Below the pieces are notes generated by a model. That model was given only the letters and a program-made list of their open reading frames with translations. It made no database searches and was not told the origin of the DNA. Shown here one piece after another: positions 49,018 through 57,268 of a stretch of 64,000 nucleotides of DNA (its first letter is position 1; each line of letters starts with the position of its first letter). The translations under genes and the position numbers were made by a program. Source of the DNA: an uncultured Planctomycetota bacterium (lineage in GTDB: Bacteria > Planctomycetota > Planctomycetia > Isosphaerales > Isosphaeraceae); contig CAWJTV010000026.1 of NCBI GenBank assembly GCA_963845755.1, forward strand, positions 1 to 64,000. The letters are read 5' to 3'.

Positions 49018-51525
49018 ATGTCGAGTCGGACACTTTGGGTCCTGGGCGCAGTCTGTGCCCTATCCTTGGGCCTGCTGCTGGTCTCGGGCCAGATGGGCGC
49101 GAGCCTGTGGCACCGGAGTTCGGCACCGCCGGTCGGGTCGGCCCTCCCCTCCCCCTTCGAGGCAAGGACCGAAGCCACTACGTCGCCGGACCGGCAGTCC
49201 CCGGCCGGCTCCGGCTGGGCTCCCGCGCTGGATCCGAGCGACAACCCGGACCCGAAGGCCGACCTCACGCTAGGCAAGGACCAGCGCGAATACCTCTGGC
49301 AAGTCGAGCATCATGGCCTGGTCCTGAGCCGGCTGGGTTTTTCCCGGATCGCCAAGGCGCTGAAGGACGACGATCCGAAAGCCTTCCTGTCCCTCTGCGC
49401 CGAGGGGTTCGCGGGTGAGGTGCCGGGCCATCCGCGTGAAGTCCGGTTCGAGCACGATGCGACCCGGCTCCTCCGCCAGAGGGATTCCGGCCAGCCGTCG
49501 GTCCGGCTGGACCGCCAGGCGATGATCCTGCGCCTCTTCGAGGACCGCCGCCGGTTCACCGGCCGGCCCAACGTGAAGCTCGCGCTCATGGGGCTCGCGC
49601 CGGTCGACTACAAGGACCTGGACGGGATCTGGCAAGGGACGTGCCAGCTCCGGATGTCCGGCGAGATGGGGGCGGGACGGCCCGGCGAAGTGGTCCTCTA
49701 CCTGCAATATCGCCTGCCCAGGCCGACCGAAGAGCTCCTGAAGTCCGACGGCTGGCTCCGCTCCTGCGCGATCACGCAGCGCCAGGTTGCCGAGGCCCCG
49801 CGATTCCTGATGCACGAGGTCGCCGCCCGGCGCGGGATCGACGTGAAACCGTTCCACGACAACTGGAGCACCCCCGAGGATACGCAGATCGTCTCCGGCG
49901 GCGTCAACCTCTGCGACTACAACCGCGATGGCTGTCTCGATATGCTGGTCACCGACGTGGCCACCAACGTGCTCTATCAAGGTCAACCCGACGGCACGTT
50001 CGCCGACGTCACCAGCCAGGTTCGCCTGCCGCAGATCCCCACGATGATCACCGCGACATTCGTCGACCTCGACGGCGACGGCTGGGAAGACCTGATCTAC
50101 GGCAGCCTGCTGCTTCGTAACCACGAAGGCCGATACTTCGCGCCGGTCGACACCCCGACCCTCTCCGTGCGCCCCCAGGCCAGCGTGGCCGTCGCCGACT
50201 ACGACCGGGACGGCAAGGTCAACCTGTACGTGACCTATATCGGTTTGACCAAGGCCGCGACCTGGATCAAGGGCGAGGGGGGCGGACAGGTGCACAACCG
50301 GCTGTGGAGGAACCTGGGGAATTGGAAATTCGCCGACGTTACCGAATCCAGCGGCGCCTCGGGGGGCAACCGGTTCGACCTTCACCGCGATCTGGCTCGA
50401 CGCCGACGAGGACGGCTGGCCCGATCTTTACGTGATCAACGAGTTCGGCGCGGCGTCCTCCTCGTCAATCAGGGGAATGGAACGTTCCGCGAGCAGTTGA
50501 TCGAGGACGATCCTGGCGACTTCGGCTCGATGGGGGTCACGGCCGGCGATTTCGACAACGACGGCCACATCGACATCTACGTGGCCAACATGTACTCGAA
50601 GGCTGGCAACCGGGTGATGGGTAATCTCTGGCCGGGGTCGTATCCGGATTCGATCCTCGACAAGCTCCACTCGTTCACCAAGGGGAGCCAGTTGCACCAC
50701 AACCTGGGCGGCCTGAAGTTCGAGCGGATCGGCCGGGACCTCCAGGTGGCGGACGTCGGCTGGGCGTATGGCCCGGCGATGGCCGACCTGAACAACGACG
50801 GCTGGCTCGACATCTTCGCCACTTGCGGGTTCATCAGCCGCTCCCGCGACGATCCCGACGGGTGAAACTGCGTGTGGCAGGCTGTCGTGTCACAGCCTTT
50901 CAACCGCGGAGCTTCGGTACCGGCACCCGGTGCGGTCGACTCGTCCCTCGGCGAGTTCTGGGTCACCAACCCCTGGGACATCGTCGACAAGGGCCACAAC
51001 CTGAGTGCCTACGAGCGCAAGCGCGCGTTCCTCAACGTCGGGGGTACGGGTTTCGTCGATATCAGCTACCTGACCGGCGCGGATAGCGACGGCGACGGCC
51101 GCTCGGTGGTCGCCGGCGACTTCCGCAATGACGGCCGGCTCGACCTGGTACTCCGGCAGGTGGGCGGCGGGCCGCTCCGGCTCTTCGAGAACCAGTTCCC
51201 GAAGGCCCACTATTTGACCGTCTCGCTCCGCGGCCGGGCGAGCAACCGGCTCGGGATCGGGGCGCGGGTGACCGCAACGGCCTCGGGACGCACGCAGACC
51301 CGAGAGCTTTATCCTCATAACAGCTTCCATTCCCAGATGGCCAGCCGCCTGCATTTCGGCCTGGGCGACGCCACGCAGATCGATCGGCTGACCGTCCGCT
51401 GGCCCTCCGGCGCCGTGCAGACGCTCGAGAACCTGGCCGCCGATCGCCATGTGATGATCACCGAGGGACTGGCCGGAACCTACGCCCTCGAGACGGTGAC
51501 CCCCGGCCGGCTTATCGCACCGTGA
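49018..51525 (+). CDS. FG-GAP/CRTAC1/ASPIC-UnbV protein with in-frame UGA; candidate selenoprotein (about 835 aa, UGA at codon about 616)
   Basis: ORFs 48664..50865 and 50872..51525 are in the same frame, separated only by TGA-AAC-TGC. The FG-GAP propeller continues after the UGA (DFRNDGRLDL) and ends in an ASPIC/UnbV domain. A compensating +1/-1 indel pair lies at about 50375-50452. Confidence 0.75.
50879..50898 (+). promoter_or_regulatory. Candidate bacterial SECIS element
   Basis: AGGCTGT-CGTGTC-ACAGCCT: 7-bp perfect stem starting at +14 after the UGA, loop G at +22 followed by U. Confidence 0.65.
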
Positions 51526-51633
51526 CTTTTCTCGGATTCTCTCGGTAAGATTGATGGAGAACCACTCGAAGACGGCCCAGGCTCTCGGGCCGAAGGGATC
51601 GTGCCGATTCGCGAATCCGGAGATATCGACGCC

Positions 51634-53208
51634 ATGATAGGTTTCTTCCAACGGCGCAAGGCCCTGTCGCAGGCTGCCGTCTTGCTGCTGGGAGCGATAC
51701 TGGGTCTCCTGGCTCGCGATCTGACGATGCCGACACGAGGTGACGATAGCTCCAGGACGAGCGACGATCGTGGGATGTCCCAGCCTCGGGAAGGGTCGCA
51801 CCTGGCCCCGGATACGGCCGCCGCCTATGCCCCCGACTGGGATCGCCCCTATCCTCAGTACCAACCGGTCGGCACGGTCCTCAAGCCCATGCCCCGGCTG
51901 AAGCCGGGTGAGATCTGCCCCCAGGATCTTTCCCCCTTCGGCGGGGCGGGTCATACCTCGTACAGCGCCCTCGACGACGTGGGCGACTTCGAGAGCTTCT
52001 GCCGCATGTGCAAGGAGAACAAACCCCGGCTCATGGAGGAACGCCGCAAGTACATGGAGCAGCGGTATAATTTCAGCGCCGCCGTGACCCGCGACGTGAC
52101 CATGACCCGCGGCAAGCCGCTCCCCGTCGGGCCAGTCGCGCGATTGCCGAAGGAGATTGCCAGTTGGAGCGAGCTGGCCGGGCTGGCGCCGGCAGAGATC
52201 CTGCGGCGCGACCTGTTCCCAATCGGCTTCCGGCCGCTCTCGCATCCCATGCATACGGTCGGCCACCAGCTCTTTCCAGCGATCTGGATCAAGTTTCATC
52301 CCGAACACGAGCGGTTCGACGTCGATTTCGACATCCCCGATCCCTACCTGCCCGAGTTCCCACCCCCGCTGTTCCTGACCACGCGTCCGGACCTGGGCGA
52401 CGTCTCGCGCGGGCATGAGATCACCCAGGCCAACTTCCGCGAGCTGTTCGAGGGGATCCTCACCCCGGAGCAGCTCGAGGGGCTGCGATTGCTGGTCACC
52501 AAGTTTCCCACAACCTGGTTCAATCAAACGAAGCACCGGGTGACCGAGAAGCCGATGCGGGGTACAGCCTGCTTCGATTGCCACGTTAACGGACATACCA
52601 ACGGCGCGATCGCGCTCGATCCGGGCACGCGGCCGACGCTGGCCCGAACGCGGACCGACACGCCCACTTTGCGCGGCAACCATAACATGCAACTGTTCAG
52701 CTCGCGGCGCTCGATTCGTTCGACCGACCATTTCGCCGAACTGGAGGAATACTTCGATGGCGATATCAGCCTTCAGCTCCAGCTCGGCGGCCGGCAGCTC
52801 GACAAGCCCAGCACGAACCGAATGGGCGATTTCAATTCGATCATCGCCTGGCCCCCGGCGTCGAAGCTGGATCGGTTCGGCCGCCTGATCGCGGCGAAAG
52901 CGACGCCGTCAGAGTTGCGCGGCGAGGCCCTCTTCTTCGGCAAGGCGCGCTGCGCCGCCTGCCACCCGGCCCCGACCTATACCGACGACAAGATGCACGA
53001 TCTCCGCGTCGAGGAGTTCTACCATGGCCGCGCCGAAGGCTGGATCAAGACCTTCTCGCTCCGCGGCATCAAGGACTCGCCACCGTACTTCCACGACGGC
53101 CGGCTGCCCACCCTCGAGGATACGGTCGAGTTCTTTAACCTGATCCTCGACCTCAAACTGGCCGATCCGGAGAAGACCGATCTCGTGGCGTTCCTGCGGC
53201 AGCTCTAA
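51634..53208 (+). CDS. Di-heme cytochrome c, bacterial cytochrome c peroxidase/MauG superfamily-like
   Basis: N-terminal TM/signal; CFDCH (52570) and CAACH (52951); TPTLRG; RGEALFFGKARC; KTFSLRG..DSPPYFHDGRLPTLEDTVEFF. Confidence 0.88.
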   Translation: MIGFFQRRKALSQAAVLLLGAILGLLARDLTMPTRGDDSSRTSDDRGMSQPREGSHLAPDTAAAYAPDWDRPYPQYQPVGTVLKPMPRLKPGEICPQDLSPFGGAGHTSYSALDDVGDFESFCRMCKENKPRLMEERRKYMEQRYNFSAAVTRDVTMTRGKPLPVGPVARLPKEIASWSELAGLAPAEILRRDLFPIGFRPLSHPMHTVGHQLFPAIWIKFHPEHERFDVDFDIPDPYLPEFPPPLFLTTRPDLGDVSRGHEITQANFRELFEGILTPEQLEGLRLLVTKFPTTWFNQTKHRVTEKPMRGTACFDCHVNGHTNGAIALDPGTRPTLARTRTDTPTLRGNHNMQLFSSRRSIRSTDHFAELEEYFDGDISLQLQLGGRQLDKPSTNRMGDFNSIIAWPPASKLDRFGRLIAAKATPSELRGEALFFGKARCAACHPAPTYTDDKMHDLRVEEFYHGRAEGWIKTFSLRGIKDSPPYFHDGRLPTLEDTVEFFNLILDLKLADPEKTDLVAFLRQL

Positions 53209-53328
53209 GTTCCTCTTTCCTCTTTCGGCGATCGGGGTATGATTCCCGGTCACTCGAGAAAGGGTCGGTGGCCCCCCTGCGCCGTGACGACGGCGGGAGA
53301 TCCGGGGATCGCTCGAAAGAGCCTCCCT

Positions 53329-53392
53329 GGTTGTTTCAAAAAGGGGACTGGCTCCGAGTCTTCGAGGTGCCTGTCCCCTTTTTGAAACAACC
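53329..53392. repeat. Palindromic intergenic repeat, copy 2
   Basis: GGTTGTTTCAAAAAGGGGACTGGCTC...GCCTGTCCCCTTTTTGAAACAACC. Confidence 0.78.
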
Positions 53393-53446
53393 CTTCAACG
53401 GACGACGGGCGAACGACCCCGGTACCTGATCACGGAGTGATCGACG

Positions 53447-54352
53447 ATGGCACGGATCACACTGGGCGCGGATCGATTCGACGCGGAGGCCAGCCGGGCG
53501 GAATATCGCGGGCTGGAGATGGGAGATATCCTGTATTTCCCGGTCTCGCCACCTCTGCTCTCCGAGCCGGACCGGGCGTTCCTGGTCACGCAGAAGCAGG
53601 TCAACGCCGCGTATCACAAGAACGTCAGTTATCGTCCGCTGGAGGATCGCCTCAAGGGGGTTGACCAGGACGACGCGGCGCAGCGCGAGCGGGTCCACGG
53701 GATCATGCGTGGCTACTCTCAACGGGCGATCGCCTTCATGTCAACGTTGTTGAACCGGTATGCGACGAGCTGGAAGATCGACTTCGCCAGCTTCCGGCCG
53801 ATCGAGGAGGAAGGGCGTCAGGTCTCGCTGCACTCGCGGAACGACTTGCTGCATTTCGATTCGTTCCCGACCCGGCCGTCGTACGGCGATCGCCTGCTGC
53901 GGATCTTCACGAACATCAACCCGGAGCGGCCGCGGGTCTGGCTCACCACGGACCACTTCGAGGATCTGGCCGGCCGGTTCGCCGAACGGGTCGGGCTCCA
54001 TCGCCGGCCGGGTGCGCTGGAGACTTGCAAGCACTGGACGGTCCGGGCCGCGGCGAAGCTCGGCTTGCCGGTGGTTGACCGGCCGCCGTACGATCGGTTC
54101 ATGCTCCGGATCCACCACGCGATGAAGGAGGACGCCGGCTTCCAGCAATCGTGCCGCAAGGACCGCTGGGAGTTTCCCGCCGGCTCGACCTGGATCGTCT
54201 TCACCGACAGCGCCAGCCACGCTTGCCTGAGCGGACAATATATGCTGGAACAGACCTTCATCGTCCGCAGGTCCAGCCTGACCTGCCCCGAGAAGGCCCC
54301 GATTGCGATCCTGGAGAAGCTCGCGGGCCATCCGCTGGCCCGCAGCGCGTGA
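53447..54352 (+). CDS. Kdo hydroxylase family 2OG/Fe(II) dioxygenase (KdoO-like)
   Basis: KNVSY; SFRP.EEEGR; LLHFDSFPTRPSYGDRLLRIFTNINP; YDRFMLRIHHAMKED; FPAGSTWIVFTDSASHACLSGQYMLEQTF. Confidence 0.88.
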   Translation: MARITLGADRFDAEASRAEYRGLEMGDILYFPVSPPLLSEPDRAFLVTQKQVNAAYHKNVSYRPLEDRLKGVDQDDAAQRERVHGIMRGYSQRAIAFMSTLLNRYATSWKIDFASFRPIEEEGRQVSLHSRNDLLHFDSFPTRPSYGDRLLRIFTNINPERPRVWLTTDHFEDLAGRFAERVGLHRRPGALETCKHWTVRAAAKLGLPVVDRPPYDRFMLRIHHAMKEDAGFQQSCRKDRWEFPAGSTWIVFTDSASHACLSGQYMLEQTFIVRRSSLTCPEKAPIAILEKLAGHPLARSA

Positions 54353-54394
54353 GCAACAACGACTCATCCTGAGAAACGTTCCAGGAGTTGCGCG

Positions 54395-55408
54395 ATGAGC
54401 CGGACGTCGTTCGTCGCGATCATGACCCTCTCGGCAGGACTGACCCTTTCCGCGGACGCGCCGGCCCAGCGCGTGTCGCCGGACGTGAAGGTCACGAACC
54501 CCCGAGCCTACGACGTCACCATCACCACGACGTTCGTCGTGCCCGAGCACGGAACGACGCCGACTCATCTGGGGGTCTGGCACGCGCTGCCGAACGCACG
54601 ACCCTGGGACGGGCAGGACCGGACCCTGGGTGCCTCGGCGATCGCCTACCGGCCGGAAACCGGTCATGTGGTGCACCTCGCCAGCAACGAGTCGCAGAGC
54701 GTCTTCTGGGAAACCCGCGAGCGGCTGAAGCCCGGCCAGAAACTCGAGTTCGTCAGTCGCTTTCGCGTCCGGTCGGCGGATCGCACCTTCGACCCCAGCA
54801 AATCGACCGCCCGCTGGTCCGATTATCATCGCCGGGTTGGTGAGAACCCACCCGAAGTCGGCGGCGACCTCGCCGCCCTCGTGGACGCGATCAAGAAGGA
54901 CCATCCCCCCGCCGAGGCGGCGCTCGCGTTCTGCAAGTGGATCGCCGGCCACATCGAGTACGACGCCTCGGTTCCCTATGGCCCCCGCGATCTGGCCGCG
55001 ATCCTCGCGCAGAAGAAAGGCCACTGCGGCCACCAGATGACCCTCTTCGAGGCCATGTGCGCGCGAGCCGGGATCCCGACGAGACCCGTCCTGGGATTGA
55101 ACTTGTATGCCCCCGACGGCGTCGGCTCGCTCCACAAGATCCGACCCGATTTCGAGAACCAGCACACGTGGGTGCAGATCTACCTCCCCGGCTCGGGCTG
55201 GGTCGAAATCGACCCCGGCGCCGGTCCGAAAGCCTACACGATCCCGGCGCAGCTCATCCAGAACAGCACGGATTTCCAGAACTATGTCATCTGGATCCGC
55301 GAAGACGGAACCTGGAAGCAGCCCGACTGGGAATATCGCGACGGGAAATGGTTTTCCCCGTACTCCATCGAAAACCGCAGGACGTTCCGGCGGGTCGAGA
55401 CGAGGTAA
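54395..55408 (+). CDS. Secreted transglutaminase-like domain protein
   Basis: Signal peptide; GHCGH...AMCARAGIPTR; HTWVQIYLPGSGWVEIDP (Cys-His-Asp triad). Confidence 0.85.
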   Translation: MSRTSFVAIMTLSAGLTLSADAPAQRVSPDVKVTNPRAYDVTITTTFVVPEHGTTPTHLGVWHALPNARPWDGQDRTLGASAIAYRPETGHVVHLASNESQSVFWETRERLKPGQKLEFVSRFRVRSADRTFDPSKSTARWSDYHRRVGENPPEVGGDLAALVDAIKKDHPPAEAALAFCKWIAGHIEYDASVPYGPRDLAAILAQKKGHCGHQMTLFEAMCARAGIPTRPVLGLNLYAPDGVGSLHKIRPDFENQHTWVQIYLPGSGWVEIDPGAGPKAYTIPAQLIQNSTDFQNYVIWIREDGTWKQPDWEYRDGKWFSPYSIENRRTFRRVETR

Positions 55409-55752
55409 GTCCCGAAAGCCCGCGTAGCGGGCGGTATTGCCGTAGCCTGGCGTCAGCCCCAGGACGATTCTGTTGATCCTCGTCAACGTCCCCAGCTCAA
55501 GATCCCAAGCACCCCTTGCACTTCCGATGGGGACATCCTACATTCAATCCATCGGTGGGCTCATCGCAGCAAGACAGAAGAGCCCGTCGAGGAGGCGCTC
55601 CCTCCGGACTCCCTCTTGCGCCTCATCCAGTCGCTGTCGTACTCGAGAGGCTGTGTAGAATTCAGAGAAATGCCGGCGAGACGTACAGAGAGAGGTGTAC
55701 ATGTCTTGCCCTCGCGCGCTGATGTCAATCGATTGGAGCGGAGCTTTCGTCC

Positions 55753-57149
55753 ATGAGTGACCGACTGACAGGACGCTGGCGAACCAGGTGGAGGCGGTGG
55801 ATGGCCGCCCGGAGAAGAGCCGGAGGGACGGTCCATCACAGGTCCCGGCTGCGGGTCGAAGGACTGGAGGGGCGTGCGCTGCTGGCGAGCATCACGGAAT
55901 TCCCGATCCCGTCGAACTCGGGCTCCGCGGCCAGATCGTCGCCGGACCGGACGGCAACCTCTGGTTCACCGAGAATGATGCGGTCTCCAACAGCATCGGC
56001 CGGATTACGCCCAGCGGCCAGGTCACCGAGATCAAGCTCCCGACCCCGGGCGCCAACCCGTACGGGATCACGGTCGGGCCGGACAACAACCTCTGGTTCA
56101 CCGAGGAATTCGGGGGCAACATCGGTCGGATCACCACCTCCGGACAGATCACCGAATTCCCGATCTCCAGCAATTCATCAGGACAGTTCCCCGAAGGGAT
56201 CACGACCGGTCCGGATGGCAACCTCTGGTTCACCGAGAGCCTCGGCCACGCGATCGGCAAGATGACCACGACCGGTCAGGTCACCGAGTATCCGCTCCCG
56301 GCCTTGTCGTCCCCCACGAACATCACCGTGGGGCCCGATGGCAATCTCTGGTTCACGGATCCGGGCACCGACTCGGTGGGCATGATCACGACCAGCGGGC
56401 AAGTCACCGAGTACAAGCTCCCCTCGATCACCGCCGACCCGGACGGTATCGTGACCGATCCGCAGAACCACAGCCTCTGGATCACCGAGGATTTCGACGG
56501 CAAGATCGCCGAGATCTCTCCCGACGGCCAGGTGCTCAACCAGTACACGGTCCCGGGTGACTTCCCCCAACCCAGCGGGATCACCGTCGGGCCGGACGGC
56601 AACCTCTGGTTCACCGAGAAGGGGGGCAAGAACATCGGCGTGCTCAACCTCGCCGGCGGTCAGATCACCCAATTCCCCGTCCCGGGCACAAATCCCCAGA
56701 CAGTCGGGATCGCGGTCGGACCAGGCGGCAACCTCTGGTTCACGGATCAGGGAAACAAGAGTATCGGTGAAGTCGTGATCGGCTCACCGACACCGACACC
56801 GACACCCACGCCGACACCGACACCGACACCCACGCCGACACCGACACCCACGCCGACACCGACGCCCACACCGACACCGACGCCCACGCCGACGCCCACA
56901 CCACCGCCCACACCGACGCCCACACCGACACCGACGCCCACACCGACACCGACGCCCACACCGACACCGACGCCACCGCCTACGCCGCCGCCCGCGCCGG
57001 CGCCAACACCCGGGCCCATTCGACATCGACGGCCACCGCGACCCGTCCATCGACAGCCACCGCGACCCGTACACCCACATCCAGCCCAACGCCGACATCA
57101 TGTCAAGTCCCGGCCCTTACCGCTGCGGGACGAACCAAGAAAGGCTTGA
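55753..57149 (+). CDS. Secreted Vgb-like beta-propeller protein with LE.R.LL leader and Pro-Thr tail (frameshift near 55925)
   Basis: [16 protein letters not shown]; about seven [12 protein letters not shown] repeats; (PT)n linker; basic tail. Confidence 0.88.
56787..57012 (+). repeat. Coding hexamer tandem repeat (Pro-Thr)n
   Basis: CCGACA / CCCACG units in frame. Confidence 0.9.
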
Positions 57150-57194
57150 ACCCTACAGAGCACGGCGCCCCGACCGCAGAACCGTGAATGCACC

Positions 57195-57241
57195 CAGGTT
57201 TCCAGCCTGACACGACCGGACGTCAGGCTGGAAAACCTGAC
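57195..57241. repeat. REP-like inverted repeat between convergent genes; possible bidirectional terminator
   Basis: CAGGTTTCCAGCCTGAC ... GTCAGGCTGGAAAACCTGAC; same family as 17723-17784. Confidence 0.65.
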
Positions 57242-57268
57242 CCGCGAATCCGAAATCGATGGTCCCGC

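Noticed and set aside
55753..56780. Vgb-like genes as streptogramin resistance genes
   Set aside because: Only the propeller repeat is shared; export leaders and the PT stalk point to surface proteins.
56787..57075. Tandem repeat as CRISPR or ncRNA
   Set aside because: In-frame Pro-Thr linker with no unique spacers.
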